A program made the translations under genes and the position numbers. The notes below the pieces were generated by a model. It was not told the DNA's origin. It did no database searches and saw only the letters and a program-made list of their open reading frames with translations. DNA of 64,000 nt from Spirochaetia bacterium (GTDB taxonomy: Bacteria > Spirochaetota > Spirochaetia > SZUA-6 > Bin103), in assembly GCA_965203905.1 (NCBI GenBank), contig CBDBDQ010000005.1:3104001-3168000 (forward strand), read 5' to 3'. Positions 41,129 through 49,939 of the stretch are shown piece after piece (the first letter of the stretch is position 1; the number at the start of each line of letters is the position of its first letter).

Positions 41129-41250
41129 AGCGGGTCGTCGTCCGGCCGGCGGCTGCCGCCGACATCGAGGATAGGCGACACTGTTGTCGTCGTCGCATGC
41201 ATGCACGCCAAGCGAGATCCGCGTCGTTGGCAGCGTCGTACCAGATCTCC
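41125..41250 (+). pseudogene. ParE/RelE toxin reduced to its two ends
   Basis: VKRVVVRPAAAADIED followed out of frame by VVVVACMHAKRDPRRWQRR. Confidence 0.75.
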
Positions 41251-41368
41251 AGAACGAAGCTTCGACTCGGTTCCACCGGACTACCGGCGCGCCTTCGGAA
41301 TATTGGTGCGGCCGGTGCGCTGGCCAGGGAACGCCCGGCACCGTACCATGTCAGAGGGAGGGAGCGGC

Positions 41369-41911
41369 GTGCTGACGGGGTTGTTCTGGTTCGCGGCAAT
41401 ATTCGGGGTCGGCGTCACGGTGATCGACCTCCTCGGCCTGATCGGCGACCAGGGCGACAACGGCGGCCAAGATGGCTCCCAGGGCGAAGCTGGCGGGGCC
41501 CCGGTGTTGTCGTTCCTGCGCTGGGCCCGCACCATGGTCTACTTCTGCCTCGGGTTCGGGCCCTTCGGGCTGGCCGCGGGCGCGTTCGGATCCGGCTTCG
41601 GCGGGCGCCTGGCGTGGTCGCTGGCGGGCGGCGCCGCAATGGCCGTCCTGGCGCGGCTGTTCTTTCGCTTCCAGCGCACCCGGCTCGACTCCAGCCTGCA
41701 GGACGAAGAGTTGCTGATGGAGCCGGCCACCGTCATCGTGGCGATCGCGGCTGGCGGGATGGGCAAGGTGCGGGTACATTTTGGTCAGAGCGTGGCCGAA
41801 CGCTACGCGCGCGCCGAGCAGGCCGATCAGGAGTTCGCGGTGGACGACCGAGTTATCGTCTCGCAGGTCACCGACCAGTGCGTCTACGTACGCAGGGAGG
41901 ATTCATGTTAG
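41369..41911 (+). CDS. NfeD-like membrane protein
   Basis: Hydrophobic helices plus C-terminal OB-fold-like ATVIVAI..GGMGKVRV..VYV; directly upstream of flotillin genes. Confidence 0.7.
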   Translation: MLTGLFWFAAIFGVGVTVIDLLGLIGDQGDNGGQDGSQGEAGGAPVLSFLRWARTMVYFCLGFGPFGLAAGAFGSGFGGRLAWSLAGGAAMAVLARLFFRFQRTRLDSSLQDEELLMEPATVIVAIAAGGMGKVRVHFGQSVAERYARAEQADQEFAVDDRVIVSQVTDQCVYVRREDSC

Positions 41912-43275
41912 AGGGCTTAGTCGGCGGCGGCGTGGGTGCCGTCGTTCTGTTCTTTGTCATCATCGGGTTGTTGCGCTCGGTAATACGGGTGTGTCCGCCG
42001 GACCAGGTGCTGGTGGTCACCGGCACCAAGACCCGGATTCGCGGCAAGAGCTACGGCTTCCGCCTGCAACGCGGCGGCTGGACCTTCGTGGTGCCCTTCT
42101 TTCAGAGCGTGCAGGGGCTCGGTCTCAGCACCATTCCCATCGACGTGCGCGTGGAAGGGGTCAACTCGGCCAACGGGATCACGGTCGGGGCCGACGCCAC
42201 CGCCTGCGTCTGTGTCGACCACGAGGACGACACCCTGCTGTATTCCGCCGTGGAACGCCTCATGGGCAAGTCGCGCGCCGAGATTCAGGAGCAGATCCAG
42301 CAGACCATGGTCGGCAACTTTCGCGGCGCCCTCAACAAGACCACGCCGCTGCAGGCCATCGGCATGGTGGAGAGCGTCGAGGAGCGCGACCGCGCCGGCG
42401 AGGGTGGCAGCCTGGCCCGCAACGAGGTCCAGCCGGACGACGACGTGGAGGGTGAACGCGCCCAGTTCCGCGCCGAGCTGCTGCGTGACAGCAACCAGGA
42501 CCTGAGCACCTTCGGGATGCGCGTGGTTTCAGTGTCGCTGCAGAAAATCTGGGACACCTCCAACTACATCGCCAACCTGGCCAACAAGACCCTCTCCCGG
42601 AAACGGCAGGAGGTGGAGATCGAGGAGGCCCGCCTGAAGGCCCAGGCGGAGCGCGCCGAATCGGATGCCAAGCGGCGCGAGACGGTGGCCGAGAACAGCG
42701 CCAATGAGAAGATCATCGCCGCGCAACAGGAACTGGAGGTGCTGCGCCGCAAGTGCGAGGCCGAGGTGGAGCAGATCCGGCTGGAGGCGGACAGCGCCAT
42801 CGCCCGCGCCGAGAGCGAAGGCGAGCGCTCCGTGCAGGAGATTGCGGTCGAGCTGCGCAAGCTGAAGAACGTTTCGGACGTGACCCTGGAGGCGGACACC
42901 AAGCGGCAGGCCGCCGAGACCCTGGCGAGCGGCGAGAATCAGTCGGTGCAGATCGTCGAGTCGACTCACAACGACCTGCTGGACCAGAAGGCGACCATGG
43001 TCGCGAATGCCGGTGAGGTGGGCAAGATTGCCCTGTTCGTGCAGCAGCAGCTACCCACGCTGTTCGCTGCCTACGAGCGCTATGCGCGGGAGTTGAAGGT
43101 GGACAACGTGGTGATCATGGATGACGAGCGCGGCATGAACGGCCTGCTGAATCGCGGGCCGGAAGCGTTCGTCGACTTCCTGCACCGCTTCGAGGACGGC
43201 TTCGGTATCAGCGTAAAGGAGCTGCTCACCCGCAGCGAAGCGCCCGACGCGACCGGCGCGGAGGTGAAAGCATGA
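41905..43275 (+). CDS. Flotillin-like SPFH domain protein 1
   Basis: N-terminal TM helix, VCPPDQVLVVTG, GG..FVVPFFQ and AEA-rich coiled coil. Confidence 0.85.
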   Translation: MLEGLVGGGVGAVVLFFVIIGLLRSVIRVCPPDQVLVVTGTKTRIRGKSYGFRLQRGGWTFVVPFFQSVQGLGLSTIPIDVRVEGVNSANGITVGADATACVCVDHEDDTLLYSAVERLMGKSRAEIQEQIQQTMVGNFRGALNKTTPLQAIGMVESVEERDRAGEGGSLARNEVQPDDDVEGERAQFRAELLRDSNQDLSTFGMRVVSVSLQKIWDTSNYIANLANKTLSRKRQEVEIEEARLKAQAERAESDAKRRETVAENSANEKIIAAQQELEVLRRKCEAEVEQIRLEADSAIARAESEGERSVQEIAVELRKLKNVSDVTLEADTKRQAAETLASGENQSVQIVESTHNDLLDQKATMVANAGEVGKIALFVQQQLPTLFAAYERYARELKVDNVVIMDDERGMNGLLNRGPEAFVDFLHRFEDGFGISVKELLTRSEAPDATGAEVKA

Positions 43276-44675
43276 TCGGCTTCGTTGTCGTATTCAGTCT
43301 GCTGGTGATCGTCACGCTGTTCATTCAGCTCATCACCAAGATGAAGATCGTCGGCGCCGACGAGTTGGCTATCGTTGCCGGGCAGGGACGGGGGTTCTCG
43401 TCGCTGCGCGGTGGCCGGGTGTTCGTGTTCCCGCTCATCCACCGCTTCTTTCGCATGGACATGCGGCCGCGCACCACCAGCGTACGGGTGGAGTCGGCAA
43501 TTGCCGCCGGCATCGTGCCGCTCACCGTGGTGGCCACGGTCAGCTTTGCGGTCGCTTCCTCCGGCGAAGGGCTGCGCAACGCCATCCGCCGCATCCTGCT
43601 GATGACGCGCGACTGGAACGAGCTGACCGGCATCGCCACCGGCATCATCGAGGGCCATCTGCGCGACTCCATCGCCACCATGACCCCGGAAGAGGTGATG
43701 ACCGACAAGGACCGGCTGGTAATGAACATGATCCGGGTCTGCAAGGCCGACCTGGAGGGCATCGGACTGGAGATTACGGCGATGAACATCGCCGACGTGG
43801 ACGATCACCGCCTGGAGGGAGTGCGCGAGCCGGAGCTGTACATCGCGCTGCTGAAGCGGATTCAGTCGGCAAACGCCGAGGCTCAGTCGCGTGCCGCCCA
43901 GGCCCAGGCGCGGGCCGCGGCCAAGGAGGAGTCGGAGACGCGTCGTGCCGAGGTGGCGGTGCGGGACGCGGCCAACGCCAAGGAGAGCCTGCAGGCGCAG
44001 ACCCGCGTCGACGTGGCCCAGCAGGGCCAGCGCAGCGCCATCGGCGTGCAGCGCGCGGAGCGTGACGCGGTGGCACAGGTGGCCGGGATCAAGGCGCAGA
44101 TCCGGGCCGAGGAACAGCGCATCGAGATGCTGCGCGAGAAGTACCGCGCGGAGATCCTGATTCCGGCCGAGGCGGAGCGGGAACGGATGGAGTTGCAGGC
44201 GAAGACGACGGCGGCGGAGGTACGGGGACGCGCGCAGGCCGAGATCGACCAATTGACCCGTACGATCGAGATCCTCCGCGCCGGAGGAAAGTCCGCTCTC
44301 TCCGCCTACATCATCGAGCACTTCGAGAAGTTCATCGAGCCGTTCGCCCAGACCCTGTCGCTGTTTCCGGCGCAGCACGTAACGGTGATCTCGGGGGCTG
44401 GTGGGACGCACGCCCCCATCTCCGGGGTGCACCCGCATCCGGTGGAGGAGGAAAAGGCGCGGCTGACGCTGCAGGCGCTGGGCGCGGTGGCGAGCGTCGC
44501 CGATACGGAGCGGCCGGCCGCAGATGAAGCCGGGGAACGCACGGCCGCGCCGGCTGCCGGCGAGCGAGCCGTATCGACCTCGTCCCGGCCGTTCCTGGCG
44601 CGGCCGCGCGGCGCCGAGCGGCGCACCTACGGGAACCGGCCTCAACCCGGAGGACGACCGCAGCAGCCGAGCTGA
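43272..44675 (+). CDS. Flotillin-like SPFH domain protein 2
   Basis: GGRVFVFPLI, IEGHLR..IATMTPEE and DLEGIGLEI motifs, coiled coil; ATGA overlap. Confidence 0.88.
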   Translation: MIGFVVVFSLLVIVTLFIQLITKMKIVGADELAIVAGQGRGFSSLRGGRVFVFPLIHRFFRMDMRPRTTSVRVESAIAAGIVPLTVVATVSFAVASSGEGLRNAIRRILLMTRDWNELTGIATGIIEGHLRDSIATMTPEEVMTDKDRLVMNMIRVCKADLEGIGLEITAMNIADVDDHRLEGVREPELYIALLKRIQSANAEAQSRAAQAQARAAAKEESETRRAEVAVRDAANAKESLQAQTRVDVAQQGQRSAIGVQRAERDAVAQVAGIKAQIRAEEQRIEMLREKYRAEILIPAEAERERMELQAKTTAAEVRGRAQAEIDQLTRTIEILRAGGKSALSAYIIEHFEKFIEPFAQTLSLFPAQHVTVISGAGGTHAPISGVHPHPVEEEKARLTLQALGAVASVADTERPAADEAGERTAAPAAGERAVSTSSRPFLARPRGAERRTYGNRPQPGGRPQQPS

Positions 44676-44757
44676 CCGGCTTGATAGAGTACGGGATCGC
44701 GGCTTCCGGCCGGTGCCGTCGTCGGCTCGCCGCTCGACCTCGGCTGGCGCCTGAAAG

Positions 44758-45927
44758 ATGAGGGTCCGGGAGGTCAGCCTTTCCGTATTCGAACTGGCCA
44801 CGGTAACGCCGCTGCTCGCGCTGGGCGAGTACGGCCCGTCCGACGCCCGGCGCTGGCGGCCGCAACGCAGCGGCGACGCCAACTGGTGGCGCTCCCGCGG
44901 CGCCGGCGTCACCGAGCCGGTGCACCTGATGCACGTGCGCACGGACGCGGGCGTCGAGGGGCTGTGCACCGTCGGCGACGCCCGCTACCGGGTGATGAGC
45001 GAACGCGCGCTGGCTCAGCTCCGCGCGCTGGTAATCGGCGAGGACACCCTCGACCGCGAGCGGCTGGACGCCAAGCTGCGCCGCGCCGCCCGCTTCGCGT
45101 TCCTGCCGCCCGGCTGGGCCGGCGCGTTCGACAACTGCCTGTGGGACATCGCGGGCAAGGTAGCGGGGGCGCCGGTGTGCGAGCTGCTCGGACGGGAGCG
45201 CACCACTTGTCCCGCTTACTACAACAGCGGCGGCGGCTCGCTGGGAGAGGCGGTGGAGGACTCGCGGCGCGCCGTCTCGCTTGGCTTCACGGCGGTGAAG
45301 GACCACTTCGCGCAGGGTGCCGCGGAGAACGCGCGCCGGTTCGCCGCGGTGCGCGAGGCGCTGCGGCCCGAGGTGGCGCTGATGCACGACGCCGCCGGGG
45401 AAGCGTACACCTGGGCCGAGGCGGTGCAGGTGGGCCGTGCGCTGGAGGACCTGGGGTTCCTCTGGTTCGAGGAGCCGCTGTCGGACCGCGACCAGGCGGG
45501 CCTGCAGCGGCTGTGCCGGGAACTGGAGATCCCTGTCGCGGGGGCGGAGACGCTGATGCACGACCACGAGCTGTGCGCCCAGTGGTTGCTCAGCGGCACC
45601 GTCGACATTCTGCGCGGCAACGCGCGCCACGGCGTCACCCCACTGCTGGAGCTGGCCCGGATGGCCGCCGAACGCGGCACGACCGTCGAGCTGAACGGTC
45701 CCGGCGGCCTGTTCGGCCTGGTCCACGCCCACCTCTGCTGCGCCATCCCCAACACGCGCTACTACGAGTACTTCCCCGGTGGCTCCCGTGACGCCGCCGG
45801 CACCGAGATCGGCCTTACCAATCCGCCGCTGCCGGCGGACGGCGCCATCGCCCCGCCGTCCGGCCCCGGTTGGGGCGCCGAGTGGGACTGGGACTACCTC
45901 CGCCGCCAGCGCGTCGCCACCCTGTAA
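44758..45927 (+). CDS. Mandelate racemase/muconate lactonizing enzyme (enolase superfamily) protein
   Basis: DNCLWDIAGK..PVCELLG, LMHDA, WFEEPL, GAE and P..PGWG motifs. Confidence 0.9.
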   Translation: MRVREVSLSVFELATVTPLLALGEYGPSDARRWRPQRSGDANWWRSRGAGVTEPVHLMHVRTDAGVEGLCTVGDARYRVMSERALAQLRALVIGEDTLDRERLDAKLRRAARFAFLPPGWAGAFDNCLWDIAGKVAGAPVCELLGRERTTCPAYYNSGGGSLGEAVEDSRRAVSLGFTAVKDHFAQGAAENARRFAAVREALRPEVALMHDAAGEAYTWAEAVQVGRALEDLGFLWFEEPLSDRDQAGLQRLCRELEIPVAGAETLMHDHELCAQWLLSGTVDILRGNARHGVTPLLELARMAAERGTTVELNGPGGLFGLVHAHLCCAIPNTRYYEYFPGGSRDAAGTEIGLTNPPLPADGAIAPPSGPGWGAEWDWDYLRRQRVATL

Positions 45928-46047
45928 CGCAACTCGCCGTCCGCCCGCAAGCGACAGCGGTGGTTCATCGGGGGAATGACGATGGGAGCGATCAAGGGTA
46001 GCGCTGTGGTTGTGGTGTCGTCCGCAGGCGCTGCCGGAGCAATCGGA

Positions 46048-47493
46048 TCACGGGGTGACGTGCATTTCCATAATACTCCGTGTCGCTTTCTGCAACTCCG
46101 AGGGGTTGCAATTCAGGTAGTACGCGGCAGTATCAGTAGAGATTAGCTGGGTGTGACACGCGTGCACCACTAGGCCTGCGAATCTCCCACGTCGGCTAAT
46201 TGGAGTGGTTGCTATGGGGAAGTAGTCGACATCGAAGTCCTCAACAGCACGCCAGGGTCTGGTGTCGATGCTGATGTCCTGTATGTGGGGCTCCGAAAAC
46301 TGCCTGGAGTACGCGTTACTGACGTGGAACCGCGCAGCCGTAACACTCATCCCAAACATGGATACTACCTTCATAATATCGTTGCTATCGAACGGACCAT
46401 GGACCAGGTCACGGATAGCATCTCCCGGCGCTAGAAAACTGATAGCGAAAGCGTTGGCACGTTGTTCGACGTAATCCACGTGCGTCCCCTCGGGGTTGTG
46501 TTCCAATCCGTCATAGTGATCGACGCGTACGTTTTCGAGTTGCGTTTCGGGGTCAAACAACAGATGCCCGATCTCATGTGCCAGGGTAGCGCGGCACACA
46601 AGAGGGTTGCTATTGGGCCCGGACGTATTCAGGACTATACCACGCGCAGTCCTACTGCCATTATTGACCCGAGTCGCGATCGTTGCTCCAGCTATGCTTG
46701 GTGGCAGTTCTGTCCGAACAACTGGAATGCCGAGCGTATGCTCAACTAGCTCTCTCATGGAACGGATCGGCGCTGCATCTCGGATATACAAGGCGTTTCG
46801 CGTGTGCTCAGCTAGCCCGTAACCGACTCTCCATGCCGGTGTAGTTTTGTTTCCGTAGTTGTCAGTCGTCTGAAACTGAGAGCGTACAGATACGGCGTCG
46901 CTGGCCCCTAGCTGCTCTTGCAAGGTATGGTGCACTCGTATCACGGACGCAGCTTCCGTCAGCGCCGCCGTCGCTCTCTGTGAAAGACCGATGAAGCCGC
47001 CGCTACGCAGTGTTTTGAGTCTCGCGGCGACGTCTCCACCGACAGCCGCGTCTGCTTGGAAGGCAAGCATCGCTTCGTCGAGCCCGAGTGTGAAGGCGAT
47101 GCGTTCCATTGTTCCAATGTGAATGTCGTCGGCGTCGCCGCTCTCAATGCGCTGTAGATCCTGGACCGAAACACCAACACTTTGCGCTACTGTCGCAATG
47201 TCTATACCGATAGCCTCCCGCTGGCTGTGCAATGCCTTGCCTACCGCATTCGGGCGCGACAGCAGAACAGCGGAACCGTATTCCACGGCTTCATCGAGCA
47301 CGTCTATCCCATATGCAACAAGCGCCTCATAGGCACTGATTTCCCTCCCCCAGTGCTGGCGCTCGCCGTCGTAAGGACTGAGTTCGGAGCGCCCGCGCAC
47401 GAACTTTCGCGTAGACTGTAGAGCAGCTTCTGGAGCTGTAGGAGCTTGCGTCCTGAAAATCTTCATTAGTAGCTTGGCGTTGTTCGGGTTCAT
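46048..47493 (-). CDS. XRE-type HTH fused to an ImmA/IrrE zinc metallopeptidase
   Basis: HTH (IATVAQSVGVSVQDLQRIESG), ATLAHEIGH (HExxH) and EQRANAFAISFLAP; lower GC than flanks. Confidence 0.85.
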   Translation of the reverse strand: MNPNNAKLLMKIFRTQAPTAPEAALQSTRKFVRGRSELSPYDGERQHWGREISAYEALVAYGIDVLDEAVEYGSAVLLSRPNAVGKALHSQREAIGIDIATVAQSVGVSVQDLQRIESGDADDIHIGTMERIAFTLGLDEAMLAFQADAAVGGDVAARLKTLRSGGFIGLSQRATAALTEAASVIRVHHTLQEQLGASDAVSVRSQFQTTDNYGNKTTPAWRVGYGLAEHTRNALYIRDAAPIRSMRELVEHTLGIPVVRTELPPSIAGATIATRVNNGSRTARGIVLNTSGPNSNPLVCRATLAHEIGHLLFDPETQLENVRVDHYDGLEHNPEGTHVDYVEQRANAFAISFLAPGDAIRDLVHGPFDSNDIMKVVSMFGMSVTAARFHVSNAYSRQFSEPHIQDISIDTRPWRAVEDFDVDYFPIATTPISRRGRFAGLVVHACHTQLISTDTAAYYLNCNPSELQKATRSIMEMHVTP

Positions 47494-48038
47494 AGCGTTC
47501 GTTTAGCCTTGTTCATCTCTCTGTTCCAGCCCAGGCTTTGCACGTCGTAGCCGTAGCCCTCAAACACCTTCACAGCATCGGCGAGATGCTGCTCAGTACG
47601 CGCCGGATACCTACCCGATCCTCCTGACAGGTATATCGACTGATGATTGCGGAACCAGAGCTCACCTCCAATGTACGCTTCTCCACCTGCGGTCAGGTTG
47701 GTATGCTTCGGCTCCCTATTACCCAATGTATCCATCTTCTCTTCGAAGATGTAAGGTATCCCAGTGTTGTCTACTACCCATATGTACCGATGCGTGTTTT
47801 CGTGATAGTGGCGCGGCGGCTTTCCTTCAACGAAACAAGTTGCCGGAGCAGGCATTAGTCTCCGCAGGTAGGCGTTCAGACTGATCAATTGCCAAGCAGC
47901 ATCAACTATACCTTTCACAGGTGGACGTGCTGTATACCGGCTGCGGAATGACATCAAAGCTGCGGTAATCACGGATGCTAAAATAACTACTATTGCATGA
48001 GGCTTTAGCCTAGTGGGCCAGTCGCACGACCAAGTCAT
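47490..48038 (-). CDS. Hypothetical protein with a toxin-like (possible ADP-ribosyltransferase) signature
   Basis: YIWVVD..KHTNLTAGGEAYIGGELWF..IYLSGGSGRY; ATGA overlap with the peptidase gene; true start may lie ~20-30 codons downstream. Confidence 0.6.
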   Translation of the reverse strand: MTWSCDWPTRLKPHAIVVILASVITAALMSFRSRYTARPPVKGIVDAAWQLISLNAYLRRLMPAPATCFVEGKPPRHYHENTHRYIWVVDNTGIPYIFEEKMDTLGNREPKHTNLTAGGEAYIGGELWFRNHQSIYLSGGSGRYPARTEQHLADAVKVFEGYGYDVQSLGWNREMNKAKRTL

Positions 48039-48080
48039 CTACTTGCCGTTTAGTCACGAGATCGCACTGCACCATACTTC

Positions 48081-48110
48081 ATGGTAAGCTGCATAAGTCG
48101 AGATTGTCAA
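48081..48110 (-). promoter_or_regulatory. Putative sigma70 promoter of the two-gene island
   Basis: Minus strand TTGACA, 18 nt spacer, TACCAT. Confidence 0.55.
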
Positions 48111-48134
48111 GCAATCCTCGACAACGACCGAGGG

Positions 48135-48164
48135 CGACCAAGAAATGACCGACCAAGAAATGAC
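48135..48164. repeat. 15-bp perfect tandem duplication at the island edge
   Basis: CGACCAAGAAATGAC x2. Confidence 0.9.
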
Positions 48165-48208
48165 AAGGTTTCACCATACGACGACGGACAAAGAATGAGC
48201 TGGCTGCG

Positions 48209-49924
48209 TCACGAGCCGTAGCGGATTATCAGTTCCACGTCCTCCAGCCACAGTTCCGAGATGACCCGCGGGTCGCCGCGGTGCACCGCCAGCGACAACT
48301 GGTTGTCCCCGGGCTTCAGCAGATGGGGTGGGACGGCCAGCTCGCGGGTGTAGGTGATCGGATAGTCGTCCCGGAGGGTGAACGCCGGCAGCGCGGTGCC
48401 GTTGAGGCGCGCTTCGATCCGATGATCTCCGCCGGTCAGGTCGCGGAAGGAGAGTCTCAGGGTCACCGCCACCGCACGGTCCTCCCGTTGTGCTGCCGCG
48501 CAGTCGTCGGCGACGGCAACCGGAAGCACGACCGGGCGCCCCTCGGCCAGTCGCGCCGGCACCTGGGTGCGCGCCGCCGCGGTGCCGAACTCGGAACGCA
48601 GGAACAGCTCCTGCTCGGCATCGGTCCACTCCGCGAACACCGTCCCGTCGATGCCGTTGGCGTGTTGCGCCGTGCCGAGGTTGTCGAGCAGGTAGTGCTT
48701 GTCCCGGAACCGGAGCGCGTCGGATGAGCCGATCTCCCGGAGCGGCTGGAAGTCGTAGTCGGGCCCCAGCCCGTAGCCCTCGGGGTTGTAGCCGCGGTCG
48801 TCGCGAATCGCGTTCATGTTGAACAACTGGATGCCGTCCACGCCGAGTCGGTAGTGGTTGGCGGCAATCGCACGAAAGATCTCGGGAGTGGCGCCCTTCC
48901 TCTGGTAGGCGTCCACCTTGATCGACGCGTACACCGGACAGCCGTGACGGTGGCCGGCCTTGACGTCGTCGCCGATCGGCAGGCTGCTGCGGTCGTCGAT
49001 TCCCAGGATCAGGCCGTCGATCCAGCCCTGCTGCAGCCACGCGGCGACATCCAGTCCGAGCTCTCTGGACGCCGACAACGGTGCCAGGGCTCGGACCACC
49101 AGCCCGAGCCGCTTGCCACGCGCATTCCCGATATCGTCGAGCACGGCCCGCACCTGTCCCATGAACTCGCTCATGCGCGGCATCTCGGCCTCCTCCGCAC
49201 CCGGTTTGAAGAAGATGAAGGTGCGCATGAAGTCGAGCTCGACGCCGTCCAGGTCATACTTGGTGCAGGCTTCGCGGATCAGCGCGAGGCGGAAGTCGCG
49301 CACCTCCTGCCGCGCGTAGTCGAACGCCAGCGCAAAGCGCTTGCCGATGCCGGGGTGCTCGCCGATCAACAGCTCGGGGTGCTCGCGCTTCATACGGCAG
49401 ATGTAGCCGACGATGTTTTCCTCGATGAGCCGCCCGTCCTCAAGCACCGGATGGCGCAGCGGCCGGTTGAGCCACATCAACTGCGGGTTCCCCCGCCACA
49501 GCAGCCGGCTGTCGTGCAGGTCGTTCATGCGGAAGCCGATCAGCACGTCGAGCCCGCGCCGATGCCCCTGCTCCACCACCACCTGGGGCGGGTCGGCGCC
49601 CGCCTCGATCATCTCCCGTGCCCGCTCCGCGTGCAGCAGCCAGAACTTCGACTTGAACGGCGGCTCGAGCTCGTAGAATCGCTCGCCCACGTCGGTGGCG
49701 TGGGAGTAGAGGTTGGAGGCCCGTCCCGGTCCCTGTTGTGCGGCGAGTCGCTGATTGTCGGTACCCAGGGTCCAGGTGACCGCGTCGACCTGAGTGGCCT
49801 CCAGGTGCCCGACCGTCTTGGCGACGAAGTTGTCGATGCTGAACGGCAGCTCGAAGAACGGCTGGAATGGGGACACCATGGCCCCGCCGTCGTGGTTGTA
49901 CAGAAGACGATAACGTCGTTTCAT
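48209..49924 (-). CDS. Glycoside hydrolase-like TIM barrel protein (GHL10/DUF187-like)
   Basis: LYNHDG, FRMNDLH, FDYA..EVR, YDLDGVELDFMR and GVDGIQLFN motifs. Confidence 0.7.
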   Translation of the reverse strand: MKRRYRLLYNHDGGAMVSPFQPFFELPFSIDNFVAKTVGHLEATQVDAVTWTLGTDNQRLAAQQGPGRASNLYSHATDVGERFYELEPPFKSKFWLLHAERAREMIEAGADPPQVVVEQGHRRGLDVLIGFRMNDLHDSRLLWRGNPQLMWLNRPLRHPVLEDGRLIEENIVGYICRMKREHPELLIGEHPGIGKRFALAFDYARQEVRDFRLALIREACTKYDLDGVELDFMRTFIFFKPGAEEAEMPRMSEFMGQVRAVLDDIGNARGKRLGLVVRALAPLSASRELGLDVAAWLQQGWIDGLILGIDDRSSLPIGDDVKAGHRHGCPVYASIKVDAYQRKGATPEIFRAIAANHYRLGVDGIQLFNMNAIRDDRGYNPEGYGLGPDYDFQPLREIGSSDALRFRDKHYLLDNLGTAQHANGIDGTVFAEWTDAEQELFLRSEFGTAAARTQVPARLAEGRPVVLPVAVADDCAAAQREDRAVAVTLRLSFRDLTGGDHRIEARLNGTALPAFTLRDDYPITYTRELAVPPHLLKPGDNQLSLAVHRGDPRVISELWLEDVELIIRYGS

Positions 49925-49939
49925 GCGTTTAGAAGTCCT

